Source of the DNA: a virus
Virus record (IMG/VR): IMGVR_UViG_3300045988_163435
Location: 30,425 to 94,424 of that record
Reading direction: 5' to 3' (one strand)
Length of the DNA: 64,000 nt
Shown here: piece after piece, positions 23,368 through 34,322 of the stretch
How positions within the stretch are numbered: position 1 is the first letter of the stretch
Layout: each line of letters begins with the position of its first letter
The notes under the pieces: model-generated
What the model was told of the DNA's origin: nothing
The model's database searches: none
What the model saw: only the letters and a program-made list of their open reading frames with translations
Program-made: the position numbers and the translations under genes

Positions 23368-26300
23368 TTATTCAGAATATCTTACAAGAAGATTATGGAA
23401 TTCCATTATGTATGGATTATTCTCAGACACGTTATCCTTGATTAATCTAAGGTGAATCCACGGACTCCTGATTCTATTTAACTTACGTGGGTCATTCATA
23501 TCCCTTGGAATATTGGCACGCCATATCCTAAACTTCCGCTGAAGATCAAATGGAGGCATTTCACGACGCGTTAAATCGGCTTCTCCGCGCTGATAATCGT
23601 TCCAGACATATAATTTATCAAACGACTCACGAACATCGCTCTCAGCTGGTTTATTTGCGTCATATTTAGTCATATCGGTCATACTTGCAAGATATTCTAT
23701 ATTATTGAACGTCTTGTCAAGCATTGAATCTGGATTGATACGATATTCAATATAATATGGCTTGTATTCTCCGAAGAAATAATTATACTTACCATCATTT
23801 TGCAGCCACATCATATCGTTCTTTAATGAAACGAAATCATCGACTATATTGAACATTGCAGGCACGTTCTCATAAGACATAAATGAAGTGAACTGTCCAA
23901 GCTTTTCAGACCATACAAGAGAAGTATTTCTGAACGTAAAGTATACATCGTCTTTATTACGATCGTAATGCGTTATCTCGTTATTGAAATCGCCTGGACG
24001 CCACTCATCAGTATGCCTATTGTCAAGCATCCATTTGGCAAATCCGTTCTGTGAGGAAATGGATTTGATTCCATTGCCTCCCATGACATTTATAGAAGCA
24101 TTCAGGTCGTCAATGAAATACAAACCCATTGGTGTTTCTTTGATTGACCATTTATTAATGCAGCCCTGATTTCCTGTCATATAGCGCGCACCATTAACCT
24201 TACCAGAATTTGTTATCTCGATAGGCTGACCAGATGTGGTTGCTATCTGTGTCATTGGATTAAACAATATCTGAAAAATCGCCTCGTCCTGAAAACCATA
24301 CAAAGTGTCGTTAAACTTACGGATTGCGTTGATTTTCCCCTTAGTGCTATCAACATCGAATGTCGATGCGGCTGTAAGACTCGTCCACGAATCGGTCAAC
24401 TCTCCATAGCTTTTTGTCAATGAGGCCATGAATTGATTTACGAACCTGTTTGTGCTATATCTTGACAACGGCAATGAATGAAACGAAAAGAAATTATTCC
24501 TTTGATTATATACATCGTTGAATAAGTTCATGTTTGTTGGCCTAAGATATGTCCCAAATGTAACACCGCGATTATTGTCATAACGTCCGTCAAGATTCTT
24601 ATAACTCTCAATCATTACAGAAGCTACCTCAACAACACTGTTAGTGTCTTCCTCAGTGTATGGATACGTTTTTAAACAATCCCAACGTTGATAGTATGTA
24701 TCACCATCGTTAAGCACAAGATTTTTCCATGAAAGGTCACTGATATTCATTGATTCGCTTGCTACACTCCATGTTTCTTGAGAAGCGGCCTCCTCATTGT
24801 TTATATCGGCAAACACAGAAGAATCCGTATTTCTGTAAATTTCACCAATTATTAACTGCGGTATATGCTTGTCTGTAATATTCAATGATTCAGTGTTGAT
24901 TATTATGTGTCTGTTTGCCGAATCAGAAGCACTTGATATCTCAACCAAATCACCATGTGGTATGGCAGCCGTTTTTGTATTTCCATTATCAAGCGTTATT
25001 GTCATATCCGTGGTGTTACTGCACACAAATCTTACCAGTTTACTAAACTTTCCAGTAGTATCCAGCAGTATCAGTGGAGAATATTGAGCAGATGGAACAA
25101 CGCTAATATAATAGCGTCTTTCGTTATAATTAAAGCTTACATCATATACAGATGGATCTAGAATTGCAGTTTTATTTGCAGCGACAACTCTTAACAGAAC
25201 ATTATTATAGTTTATGTTATTAACAGATAACCCACTTGTGATATAATATATTGTTCCGTTTGTCAACTTGGATCTTATTGCTTCAGACGAAGTTGTATTT
25301 ATTCTTTTGTCAAGTTCACCCCATGACATCTTGTAGACAATTCGTTCATTGTCAACACTTGAACTACCAGGCTTTACCCATGATAAATCTTTATTTGATT
25401 CAATAATATCATAATCGTCATTTGTCAAGTGCGGAAGATTTACTGACAAATCAGATGAATTGTTATTAAATGAAAATACAGCATGGCTTGTTGATTTATA
25501 TTTGATCAATGCTGGATTACTTGTTACAATAGCATTCGTTCTTGATCCTAAAATATAATTTTCCCTGCCATTCTCTGGTTGAACTAATGCAAGTTCGCCA
25601 CCTATAAAATATGTTTCTATTGGATACAGAGAATAAGTCAACGGAATAACTCCGAGTCCACCTGTATCAAGTGAATTATCTATGTCAAGAAAGTTACCTT
25701 CAGGAGATATCAAGCTTGTCGTATAAATGTATGTCGATCCACCAGCGGGCGACACTGAGGTATTACATTCTCCAGAATATATTCTATTGGAAAATTTATA
25801 AGCCGTTTCGTCACTATTTAAAGGATTTTCTAAAAACAAATAACTTGTTGACGGATCTGAAGGATCATATATATAACAATCTGTTATTCCATTGTAATTG
25901 CCACTAAAACCACTTCCCCAGGAAACATCGTATAATGTCCTGTCTGAATATCTTATATTACTTAGTAGCTTATGCTTCAATTCAGAATATAATATGGTGC
26001 TTTCTGGAAACCTAAATGCATTAGATAATGAGCCAGACCTTTGCCAAGGATATATCGCAAACCTAAGACGGCCGCCACCTTTGCTTAGATCATATAGCCC
26101 TTCGTATTGAATTTTGCCGTCATCTCCGCCAATTGGGACATCCTGCCATCCGGCTATTCTTGTCATCAATGACGAATTGTCAGAGTTAATTTGTGATGTG
26201 TTAATTTCGCCAACAAGATCTCCGACAATAGACTGTGTTCCAGCCTCGATAATATATTTCCCACTAGAAGAAACAAGCGGAGACCTACCGACAATTCTAA

Positions 26301-28107
26301 AGTCGCAGTTTGACATTGATGATTTATCTGTTACATCGATGTCAGGACTATTGATTGTAACGGTATTTCTGTCAACAAAGAATGTATCATTGTTATTTGA
26401 CTTGACATCATTTGTTGGGTATTCAAAATAATATCTATATTTATTCCCGTCAGAGTCTTTCTTTACAACGCAGTTATCTTGTGTTGATATCTCGGATCCA
26501 TCTACACCATTAGGTCTCAAATTTCTTGCGTGCTTGTATTCGATATCGTCACATTCTGCCCTGAAAAACCACGACGACTGGCAGTACGGCTGATTTTTCT
26601 CTCTTGCGCCAATACGGGCTACTGTTGGACTTATAATTCCTTGCCATGCCACATTACGCTGTGATTCGCTTGGATATACAACGACAGCGCGACACCTCTT
26701 ATACATTTCATTGAATCGAACGTTCTTACCTGAATCAGTTACTTCAATATTATTGAGGGACCGTTCATCTATCGCATAATAAAATGTAGGCACAGTAAAC
26801 TCATCTGTTGGATGTGGCTCGTCCTTGCCGTTATTGTCTAGCTTTCCGTCAGTAGTCATCATCTTATAATCACCTACCCATACGGGATCACTCCATTTTC
26901 CATAGATGTCTTGAAATTGAATTCCAAGGCGATACCAATTTCCACCTTTGAAATAAGCGTTGTTTGATCCTTTAGTGTGCGGATTGAATGGGAATAAGCC
27001 GGTAACATCGTTATCTGGCTTGTCAATCTGTCTCATTGATTTACCAACAGTGACGGCAGAACGTATCTTATTTCTGGCATCTTTTGATAATAACACCCTG
27101 TTTGTTGTTATATCTCCAAGAAATAAAGTGTTATCCTTTTGCGCCATTGTTGATGCTGTGACATTCTCGCCTCCCTTATATAGTAACTCTGACGGTTCTA
27201 TTGCAGATCCTTTTGTGTTATCGTCAATATAATCAATTGGCTTAGCAGAAGGAATAGACGAATTAAATGACTTAGCTATCTCAATTTGTGCGACAAACTT
27301 CGCTTGAGCCGTTCCATTAAGACTTGTGCGAATAACTCTATAGATATTCACGAAATCAAATGATGGGTCCGGATACGTTATTCCAATACGAAAACCACAA
27401 TTGACAATATCATTTTCACTTGCGGCCCTGTCTTTATAAGTCAACTGAAACAATTGTGACGACCAAAAAATTGATGATTCCTGTCCGTACCGTTTGCTAT
27501 ACGTAAAAAAATACTGAACCACACCAGAAGGCCATTGGCCGTGTATATCATAATCTTTTGTGATTTTACATGAATCAGCAAACTCGATCTCCATGACAAA
27601 ATCGAATTGCGTTCTTTTTCCTCCGTAAGTTGTAGACAATATAAACTCGCCGTTCTTCGTATCAAGTCCTCCAATAATATTGACAACTCTTGGCTGGTTA
27701 ATACCATCAAGCCAGTAAACCTTGATAACATCATCTTTCTCGTAAACACCGAGAGTCTCTATTCCTCTATCTTTAGAGAAATTAAGGTTTCCGTTAAATA
27801 TTGTGACTCGCCTGAACTGGCTTTTGCTTAGATAATCTATTCTGTATATATGGTCAAACCCTTCGCCTTCCGTGGTGAATATCACCGCATATTTATTTAC
27901 CACGCAATAACCAAGAACGCATCCGGGAATATAAAAATCACCTACACGACGATTACCTTTTTCATTAGTGACCGATAACAGGGAATTCTTCTCATTCTCC
28001 GTAATACGGATGTTAAAATTCTCAAAGGCGAACTTATTCTCCGCCTTGCTGATGGACAAGTCCCTGTTCATGCCCATATTGAGAAATTGTTCTACCTTAT
28101 TGAGCAT
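23368..28107 (-). CDS. large tail (nozzle/muzzle or tubular-tail-like) protein, 1579 aa
   Basis: The N-terminus MLNKVEQFLNMGMNRDLS resembles the G(L/M)NxD start of podovirus tail tubular/stabilisation proteins. Composition is beta-rich (Asn/Ser/Thr/Tyr). It sits between the neck genes and the internal proteins. Confidence 0.4.
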   Translation of the reverse strand: MLNKVEQFLNMGMNRDLSISKAENKFAFENFNIRITENEKNSLLSVTNEKGNRRVGDFYIPGCVLGYCVVNKYAVIFTTEGEGFDHIYRIDYLSKSQFRRVTIFNGNLNFSKDRGIETLGVYEKDDVIKVYWLDGINQPRVVNIIGGLDTKNGEFILSTTYGGKRTQFDFVMEIEFADSCKITKDYDIHGQWPSGVVQYFFTYSKRYGQESSIFWSSQLFQLTYKDRAASENDIVNCGFRIGITYPDPSFDFVNIYRVIRTSLNGTAQAKFVAQIEIAKSFNSSIPSAKPIDYIDDNTKGSAIEPSELLYKGGENVTASTMAQKDNTLFLGDITTNRVLLSKDARNKIRSAVTVGKSMRQIDKPDNDVTGLFPFNPHTKGSNNAYFKGGNWYRLGIQFQDIYGKWSDPVWVGDYKMMTTDGKLDNNGKDEPHPTDEFTVPTFYYAIDERSLNNIEVTDSGKNVRFNEMYKRCRAVVVYPSESQRNVAWQGIISPTVARIGAREKNQPYCQSSWFFRAECDDIEYKHARNLRPNGVDGSEISTQDNCVVKKDSDGNKYRYYFEYPTNDVKSNNNDTFFVDRNTVTINSPDIDVTDKSSMSNCDFRIVGRSPLVSSSGKYIIEAGTQSIVGDLVGEINTSQINSDNSSLMTRIAGWQDVPIGGDDGKIQYEGLYDLSKGGGRLRFAIYPWQRSGSLSNAFRFPESTILYSELKHKLLSNIRYSDRTLYDVSWGSGFSGNYNGITDCYIYDPSDPSTSYLFLENPLNSDETAYKFSNRIYSGECNTSVSPAGGSTYIYTTSLISPEGNFLDIDNSLDTGGLGVIPLTYSLYPIETYFIGGELALVQPENGRENYILGSRTNAIVTSNPALIKYKSTSHAVFSFNNNSSDLSVNLPHLTNDDYDIIESNKDLSWVKPGSSSVDNERIVYKMSWGELDKRINTTSSEAIRSKLTNGTIYYITSGLSVNNINYNNVLLRVVAANKTAILDPSVYDVSFNYNERRYYISVVPSAQYSPLILLDTTGKFSKLVRFVCSNTTDMTITLDNGNTKTAAIPHGDLVEISSASDSANRHIIINTESLNITDKHIPQLIIGEIYRNTDSSVFADINNEEAASQETWSVASESMNISDLSWKNLVLNDGDTYYQRWDCLKTYPYTEEDTNSVVEVASVMIESYKNLDGRYDNNRGVTFGTYLRPTNMNLFNDVYNQRNNFFSFHSLPLSRYSTNRFVNQFMASLTKSYGELTDSWTSLTAASTFDVDSTKGKINAIRKFNDTLYGFQDEAIFQILFNPMTQIATTSGQPIEITNSGKVNGARYMTGNQGCINKWSIKETPMGLYFIDDLNASINVMGGNGIKSISSQNGFAKWMLDNRHTDEWRPGDFNNEITHYDRNKDDVYFTFRNTSLVWSEKLGQFTSFMSYENVPAMFNIVDDFVSLKNDMMWLQNDGKYNYFFGEYKPYYIEYRINPDSMLDKTFNNIEYLASMTDMTKYDANKPAESDVRESFDKLYVWNDYQRGEADLTRREMPPFDLQRKFRIWRANIPRDMNDPRKLNRIRSPWIHLRLIKDNVSENNPYIMEFHNLLVRYSE

Positions 28108-28110
28108 ATG

Positions 28111-28794
28111 TTATCGTTTAAAGTATTCTTTATTACCGTTACGGATGAATCCAGAGTTGTGTTGTGTATGCCTAAGCAACAGCGTGCTCCATTGATTGAA
28201 GAATGATTCAGCCTTGTCAAGAGACATCCTGTTAGATTCTGATTCAGCGCTGCCGACAGACCATGCATAATCTTGTTTGGCCTGATTAAGAACGTTTGCG
28301 TCTATCTTGCCAAGATCAAACAATATTGTAAAATAATTTACCTTTATATAGTCTTTAAGAGCCCTGAGAAACGTGGGATTGTCAGGCAGCAGTGGAAACC
28401 CTTCACTGTCAACCGCTATAGCGTTATAGACAATCTCAATCTTCCCTTTCTCCGTAGATGTATATATGACGCCGCCCTGAATCTTATACGTCAGATCAAC
28501 TAGTGGTTTTTCCTGTTCGCTCATATGAAACACATCTGTAGTGTATCTGTAAGCCATTCCAACATTCTCCGCATCGCGCACAGAAATCATGCTTACATAG
28601 TCACAAGGCAACGCTGCCCTGTACTTGCAGATGTCAAGTATATCGACCTTTTGTGTGAATATGGACGGACATCCAAGTATTCTCATGAAGTTAACAACGT
28701 GATGGACGACCGTCTCAAGCGGTATTGACTGCAACATTGGGTGCAGGTACAGCTCGTCCATCAATTCCTTTATGCTGATAGTCTTATCTTCCAT
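28111..28794 (-). CDS. hypothetical head-tail joining region protein (227 aa)
   Basis: ORF packed 3 nt from the next gene, with an 11-nt overlap with the upstream gene. The call rests on position only. Confidence 0.35.
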   Translation of the reverse strand: MEDKTISIKELMDELYLHPMLQSIPLETVVHHVVNFMRILGCPSIFTQKVDILDICKYRAALPCDYVSMISVRDAENVGMAYRYTTDVFHMSEQEKPLVDLTYKIQGGVIYTSTEKGKIEIVYNAIAVDSEGFPLLPDNPTFLRALKDYIKVNYFTILFDLGKIDANVLNQAKQDYAWSVGSAESESNRMSLDKAESFFNQWSTLLLRHTQHNSGFIRNGNKEYFKR

Positions 28795-29329
28795 CGCTAT
28801 GATATCTTAATGGTGCGTCACATACCACACCGTTTTTAATATTATCCTTTATTTTCGCCTTGAGTATCCTATTAAAATAGAACTTATAAAACGATACGTT
28901 CTTATAAAGTTTACTCTTCTCCCACATTGGAATAAATGTCTTTGGCGAAGTGTATTTTACCAATACCTTATTTTCCCTTGCTTCGTCGTCCTCAAACCAT
29001 AGTTTCAGTGTCTCATACCAATTCACTGATGATCTTATCTTAACTTCTCCATCTTGTGACAATACTGCGGAATCAGATGCCTTCAATATAAGGCTACCAA
29101 GTCCATAAGGAAGAACAATCTCCTTACCGGCCGCAACGTAATCACGTATATAGTTACCGACGTTTCTTATGGTACGCATCGTCCTGCCTCTGTCCTGCTT
29201 GAACTTGTTAAGTTTGTTATGCGCTATGTAATTATAGAATTCAAACGAGCCGTGTGAATTTGATACAGAAAACTGCTTTTGTTTGGCACATCTTGTCTTG
29301 ACACTATACTCTTCAAACGTATTTTCCAT
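28784..29329 (-). CDS. hypothetical structural-module protein (181 aa)
   Basis: ORF in an operon-like array. No motif recognised. Confidence 0.35.
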   Translation of the reverse strand: MENTFEEYSVKTRCAKQKQFSVSNSHGSFEFYNYIAHNKLNKFKQDRGRTMRTIRNVGNYIRDYVAAGKEIVLPYGLGSLILKASDSAVLSQDGEVKIRSSVNWYETLKLWFEDDEARENKVLVKYTSPKTFIPMWEKSKLYKNVSFYKFYFNRILKAKIKDNIKNGVVCDAPLRYHSDGR

Positions 29330-29336
29330 TTTAAGG

Positions 29337-30041
29337 CTATTTAGAGGCGCTATCAGCGCGTTTTACACTTAATCCGGACAGATCATCATCAGCGTTGTTT
29401 TTATCGTCCTTGGGGGCGTAAACGGACTGCGCCATTGTCTTCACTGTGTAATCAACCACAAGTTGGATCAGACTTTCTTCCATCGGAAACTGCCTGTCAA
29501 GAATATCGCATTCAACACAGTCTCCAGTTAGTTTACTTGCCTTATCGGCGTCGTCAAAAATTCCCCTGAAATTAACTCTATTAAGATAAATAAACTGTGG
29601 GTTAGCTGACTTGATATATAGGTGCTGATCTGGTCCTATAGTCGCGTACATCATGTTTTTAAGATATTTATTTCCGCAGGCATATTTAAACCGTCTCATT
29701 GACACACATGTTATCTCGTGTTCAAAGAAATCTTCAGCAAATACATATTGCATTCCTACATCAAGCATAGGAGGTATCTCCTGTACGCTTCTCAAGTAAT
29801 GTGCTGATGGGCAGCTGATACCCTTTATTGATGTTGCCACATCCATATCGAGCACAACTGTCTGATAATTATCGTCATTGACCGCGTTCTGGTCAAGCTC
29901 TTTCTCATACTTTTTCTTAAGAACGAGAGACCTGAATTTATTAAGCAGATATATCACGTGGTCCTCCGTGAAATAGCTGTCGTCTGAATTAACTTTGAGC
30001 AAATCCAGACACATGTATACAACCTCTCTATATGTAGACAT
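29337..30041 (-). CDS. hypothetical structural-module protein (234 aa)
   Basis: ORF preceded by a TAnnTTTG box. Confidence 0.35.
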   Translation of the reverse strand: MSTYREVVYMCLDLLKVNSDDSYFTEDHVIYLLNKFRSLVLKKKYEKELDQNAVNDDNYQTVVLDMDVATSIKGISCPSAHYLRSVQEIPPMLDVGMQYVFAEDFFEHEITCVSMRRFKYACGNKYLKNMMYATIGPDQHLYIKSANPQFIYLNRVNFRGIFDDADKASKLTGDCVECDILDRQFPMEESLIQLVVDYTVKTMAQSVYAPKDDKNNADDDLSGLSVKRADSASK

Positions 30042-30067
30042 AGTGTTATAAATAAAAAAACTTGCCG

Positions 30068-30075
30068 CAAAGATA
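30068..30075 (-). promoter_or_regulatory. Bacteroides-type -7 promoter box (TATCTTTG)
   Basis: Minus-strand TATCTTTG lies 26 nt upstream of the ATG at 30041. Confidence 0.45.
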
Positions 30076-30108
30076 GTAAAAATCCATCAATGCGACAAGT
30101 TAATTAAT

Positions 30109-30366
30109 CTATTTATTATGTAATGCAACAACTTTGATCTTATGTTTGGTATCGCGTGGACATAATCGAGACACCCTTGAGAGTAGCGTTGTCAGCATAT
30201 AATAATCATCATCGCTAATCAATTGATCGAAATTGCCATCCAGAAGATGTGTAACAAATCGCTCAATAAGTACATTCCTCATTATGTCGCTCCTGTAAAC
30301 GCCCACATGCCTGAGAGCTCTGAAATACTCAAGCAAATTCATTTTATAACTATTTGTCACTAACAT
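30109..30366 (-). CDS. small hypothetical protein (85 aa from internal ATG)
   Basis: The ORF track gives 30109..30432, but that overlaps the upstream gene by 65 nt. The ATG at 30366 sits 1 nt after the upstream stop (30368-30370), matching the stop-N-start spacing seen elsewhere in this block. Confidence 0.4.
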   Translation of the reverse strand: MLVTNSYKMNLLEYFRALRHVGVYRSDIMRNVLIERFVTHLLDGNFDQLISDDDYYMLTTLLSRVSRLCPRDTKHKIKVVALHNK

Positions 30367-30367
30367 A

Positions 30368-31255
30368 TTACCTACAGTTACATGTGGCAACCTTGGCTCC
30401 ACTATTAATGAATGTTCTTTTCCAAAGGTCAATCGCCATGTTTAGATCACCACATTCAATGGCAAACTTAATCGCATCGCATTTTAGAATATAATCCATG
30501 AACGGCACATAAGGAATATCATCACATCCTGCACACAACATCTGTTTGACATATGACATTGAAATGTCATAAAATCCCTTCCAATCAATTGTAACTCCGA
30601 CAACGTACCCATCGACCTTAGTTGGAGTATCGCCGTCTCCGATGGTTTCTATGTGAATAACATGTTCTCCACCATTTGCATCAAACACTGCAAACTTGCT
30701 TGATTGACCAACAACAGAAAGCCTGATATCTTTTGTGTCTGAAGGATTGCTTACTGATACGTCGTCTATAGATGCATGCCACGTCTTGTCTTCAATTGGA
30801 GTATCGTTTTCTTTTCCATATTCGACATAAACTACAAGCATGCTGTTTTTAAACGTGCCAAGCGTTTCGTTATTTTTACAAGGAGTGCAGTCGAAGTCGG
30901 CCCTGTCGTCACAAATCTTGTCTGACGTGTCTTTCGTGACTTCTGTAGCATAATCTTTTCTAGAAGAATTCCAGCCATAATAATCTCCTTGAGTAGCAAT
31001 GTGCGAAAGCTTTGACACACCGGAAATCATGTCTTCTTTATAAAGGGTTGCTTTATAAGAAGTTGAGCCAACCTCTACATAAAACAACGGCTTTCCTGAA
31101 GGCTTGTTGTCGCGATTACCCCTGTATGTTGACTGATCGTCAATAGTTACGCTCTTGATGACATAAGATTCGCCTAAACCGTTAACCAAGTCGATATCTA
31201 TATCGAGGCTTAGTCTGTCATCGCTTATCTTTAGTTTGTTGAATTTAATCTCCAT
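30368..31255 (-). CDS. hypothetical virion protein (295 aa)
   Basis: ORF directly downstream of a terminator-bounded, probably highly expressed gene. Cys-rich C-terminus. Confidence 0.35.
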   Translation of the reverse strand: MEIKFNKLKISDDRLSLDIDIDLVNGLGESYVIKSVTIDDQSTYRGNRDNKPSGKPLFYVEVGSTSYKATLYKEDMISGVSKLSHIATQGDYYGWNSSRKDYATEVTKDTSDKICDDRADFDCTPCKNNETLGTFKNSMLVVYVEYGKENDTPIEDKTWHASIDDVSVSNPSDTKDIRLSVVGQSSKFAVFDANGGEHVIHIETIGDGDTPTKVDGYVVGVTIDWKGFYDISMSYVKQMLCAGCDDIPYVPFMDYILKCDAIKFAIECGDLNMAIDLWKRTFINSGAKVATCNCR

Positions 31256-31267
31256 ATCGACTTGTTA

Positions 31268-31296
31268 ATAAAAAAGGGGCGCTTGTGACGCCCCCT
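31268..31296 (-). terminator. intrinsic terminator after the 333-aa gene
   Basis: Minus strand: GGGGCG-TCACAAG-CGCCCC followed by TTTTTTATT. Confidence 0.75.
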
Positions 31297-31310
31297 CGGT
31301 TGAATATATA

Positions 31311-32312
31311 TTAGGCCACGTCAGACTTGACACCGTCATTGAAATAAACGGTGAGCCCAAGAACCTTGGCGATAGCGCTGGCATCCGTTGCCTCGAGAAC
31401 ACCGGCCGGAGCAACAAGCGTGAGCGTCTTTGCGGAGTGCTGGATATCCTCGTTGTCGCCATTCCAGTAATACTGAATGTCAATGGTGTCATAACCAGCG
31501 GCAAGATTAGGGTCAACAAGATACTTGGTATCAATGTTATTCGGCCAACCAACGAAACGATAGATGTCGCCACGCTCGCCATGAGTGAAATACTCAAGAT
31601 CAGCGATATCACGAGCGTTACTGAGAACTGCGCCAGTAACCGGATCAGTAGCATCTACAACAGTAGGCTCACTTACAACAATCCAGTCATAACGGAGACC
31701 GTCGATGAACACAGGCACTCCAGATACGACAAAGTGGAGAACCTCCTGTTGCATCTTGCCGAGATGCCAAGGCTGCATGCATTCTGTAACAACAACTCCG
31801 TTAGCTGTATCATCGTCAACCTTGATAATAGGAGTAATTGAGTTCTCCTTCTTGAAGGCCTTGACAATGGCGTTCTTGAGGGCTGTATAGAATTCTGTCT
31901 TAGACATAGCCTTCTTGACATAAACATCCGCGTGCTTCACAATCTGCTCGGCGTCTGACATTCCAATAAACTGGAAATAAGTGAACCTTGCGATATATGA
32001 ATAGCCGGCAGGAACGTTTCCATCAGAATCAAGAACATCATCACTGACAGTGAGAGTGTACTTCTTTACCTTTGGAGCAGTCTTGGCTGCTGACCTGAAA
32101 GAGACTGACACAGCCTTACCACAATCGATAAGGTCTGACCTCATGGGCTCGCCTGACGCGCCCACATGAGTTACATAAAATGAAGTGCCGCTGAGAGTAG
32201 ACGGGATGAATGTGGTTCCTGCGGCCGCACCCTTCTTGACAGCAGCTGCGTTGGCGCCCTTGGCTGTAACTACATAAAGCTGGCGCGCCTGATTTACACT
32301 AAAATTAGCCAT
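31311..32312 (-). CDS. abundant-looking virion protein (333 aa; capsid-accessory/decoration candidate)
   Basis: ORF starting MANFSVNQARQLYVV, with higher-GC codon usage and its own strong terminator, three genes downstream of the MCP. Function is inferred from context only. Confidence 0.35.
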   Translation of the reverse strand: MANFSVNQARQLYVVTAKGANAAAVKKGAAAGTTFIPSTLSGTSFYVTHVGASGEPMRSDLIDCGKAVSVSFRSAAKTAPKVKKYTLTVSDDVLDSDGNVPAGYSYIARFTYFQFIGMSDAEQIVKHADVYVKKAMSKTEFYTALKNAIVKAFKKENSITPIIKVDDDTANGVVVTECMQPWHLGKMQQEVLHFVVSGVPVFIDGLRYDWIVVSEPTVVDATDPVTGAVLSNARDIADLEYFTHGERGDIYRFVGWPNNIDTKYLVDPNLAAGYDTIDIQYYWNGDNEDIQHSAKTLTLVAPAGVLEATDASAIAKVLGLTVYFNDGVKSDVA

Positions 32313-32339
32313 TTTAGAAAATGTTTGTTAAATTGTTTA

Positions 32340-33074
32340 TTATTTTGACGCCGTTACCGTGTTCGCCCAAGTATTCTTAGCAAGCTGCACAGCGGTCATC
32401 AAGATGGCACGCTGCGCGTTATCGCCAAGCTCACATGGATTATTTGGGTCATACCAGCTAGCGGTCTCGTCATAACCATTAACGGTGAGCCCGTATTCGC
32501 TGATATTTCCCAATATAATCGGCTTAGGACGCCTTAAATATCTCACGACGTATGATTGTACGTCTCCATCGCTGATAAGCTCTGAAACCCTGTCATTTTC
32601 GCCTTTCGTGACACGAAGAACCCTTGATCTATTAGGAAACTTGAATGGATTCTTAAACGTCTTACGAAGTGTGTCATGCGTCACCGGGACAACATCGACC
32701 TCACGGCCATTTGGCCAACAGGAAGATCCGTCTCCTGAAGCGACATTAGCAGTTTCGTACACAATGAACCACAGGTCGTCTGGCAACATGAAATCCGTGC
32801 AAATAAAATAATTAGTCGCAGGTATATCAGGAGGTGTGCCATCAGACTGTGAAAACTCATGCGTCTTAACAAGGCGTGAGAGATAACTAGTCAACTCCTC
32901 GGATGATTCAAAGGCCATTCCCTCGACGCTCCCACGATAGATTGAGATGATCTGGTTCTCCAGAGCATCAGTGCAGAACACACTCTTCTCGTAGTCATTG
33001 AGAGAAGGGGCCTGGTTTGATGTGATGTTGTTCCAGAGAATATCAAATTCCCTTGACCATTCCTCAGATGTCAT
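32340..33074 (-). CDS. hypothetical head-module protein (244 aa)
   Basis: ORF 3 nt downstream of the preceding gene. Confidence 0.35.
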   Translation of the reverse strand: MTSEEWSREFDILWNNITSNQAPSLNDYEKSVFCTDALENQIISIYRGSVEGMAFESSEELTSYLSRLVKTHEFSQSDGTPPDIPATNYFICTDFMLPDDLWFIVYETANVASGDGSSCWPNGREVDVVPVTHDTLRKTFKNPFKFPNRSRVLRVTKGENDRVSELISDGDVQSYVVRYLRRPKPIILGNISEYGLTVNGYDETASWYDPNNPCELGDNAQRAILMTAVQLAKNTWANTVTASK

Positions 33075-33077
33075 ATG

Positions 33078-34070
33078 TTAATCTTTTGTTTTAGCTTGTA
33101 ATGAAAGAAGCATCTCCGAGTTCTTCGGCAGATTAAGGAACCTGCACGCCACTGAGAACGTTGGCTCCTCGTTAATTCCGCAAAGCGGAAGATTTCCGTC
33201 CTTAAGATAATAATAATTTCCCCTCTTGATGATGTGTCCACGCTCGACAGCCTTCTTTATAAGAACCTTTGTGTCAAGCATAGGGTCTTTAATAACGCCA
33301 AGAAACATCTTAGGATCCCTGTTGATAAGCTCATAAATCCTGTTTTGCAGATAGTCCATCTTAACATTCTGGGCGGTCTGTCTTCCGTCAAGAATCTCAA
33401 CAATTATACGAAGCTTATCGTGATCATTCTTGATGGCTCCATAAAGCTCAAAGCACTCAAGGGCAACGTCAACTTTCTTGACCGCCATTCTCTCCTCAGC
33501 GCCTTCTTCAATGAGCACATATTGATATGTAGCCTTTGGCATATCCCGCAAAACCTCAAGCGAAGGAGCGATCGTGCTTGTATTCGCAAGAAGAACCTTA
33601 TATTTAATGTAATCCTCAGGAACAGACAGGTCGAGAATTGTGTCCTGCTTTGTAAGTCTGACCATATAGTTAGACCAGAAGTTATTCTCGCTCTTATAAA
33701 CACTTAAGGCGTTTGCCTGCAAACCCATGATATACTCAAGATAATCTTTCTCTGAATTCGTTAGAACATTCTTGAATACACCGGAATTCAACACAGGTAC
33801 TGTGTAATAACGCACTGACTGTTCAGACATTCCTCCGGCAAGCACATGTTTTGGATTCTTTACAAGCCACGTTTCCTTAGGAACAAGACGCACAATGATT
33901 CTTGACTGCCTAAGACAATTGATCAATTCTTTGCCAGAGCGATTCAACGCCACTTCGGCTGATTCATCATTATCCTTGACCACAACGCGCTTTGGCTTTG
34001 CAATTGGTTTAACGTCATCTGACATGATCTCCTCCATGTCAAGATTAATCTTCTCTTCCACTTTACTCAT
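33078..34070 (-). CDS. hypothetical head-module protein (330 aa)
   Basis: ORF immediately after the MCP terminator. Confidence 0.35.
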   Translation of the reverse strand: MSKVEEKINLDMEEIMSDDVKPIAKPKRVVVKDNDESAEVALNRSGKELINCLRQSRIIVRLVPKETWLVKNPKHVLAGGMSEQSVRYYTVPVLNSGVFKNVLTNSEKDYLEYIMGLQANALSVYKSENNFWSNYMVRLTKQDTILDLSVPEDYIKYKVLLANTSTIAPSLEVLRDMPKATYQYVLIEEGAEERMAVKKVDVALECFELYGAIKNDHDKLRIIVEILDGRQTAQNVKMDYLQNRIYELINRDPKMFLGVIKDPMLDTKVLIKKAVERGHIIKRGNYYYLKDGNLPLCGINEEPTFSVACRFLNLPKNSEMLLSLQAKTKD

Positions 34071-34085
34071 AAAAACTTCTTTCTT

Positions 34086-34126
34086 AAAATAATAAACGCG
34101 GAGAGGGCATCAACCCACCCCGCGTT
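34086..34126 (-). terminator. intrinsic terminator after the last MCP exon
   Basis: Minus strand: AACGCGG-GGTGGGTTGATGCCCTCT-CCGCGTT (7-bp outer stem plus an inner GGG/CCC) followed by TATTATTTT. It lies 41 nt after the TAA at 34168-34170. Confidence 0.7.
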
Positions 34127-34167
34127 GTATATTAAAATATGTTATCCTTAATCTTCTATTAAATCAA

Positions 34168-34322
34168 TTACTCCGAAAGGATTGACGGAATGACTGACAT
34201 TGTTCTGGTTGGATCAAGTACACAAACTCCGAGAGTAGCCATACGGTGCATAACCGCGGCATCCTCATCAAAACTCATGAACTGATTACCGATTCGACCA
34301 GTAAAGGGATCGCGAAGGCCCC
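34168..34322 (-). CDS. major capsid protein, exon 4 (C-terminal 50 aa + stop)
   Basis: By-eye translation of the minus strand gives (W)GLRDPFTGRIGNQFMSFDEDAAVMHRMATLGVCVLDPTRTMSVIPSILSE*. There is no upstream start codon. It begins right after a G that ends an intron homologous to intron 1. Confidence 0.75.
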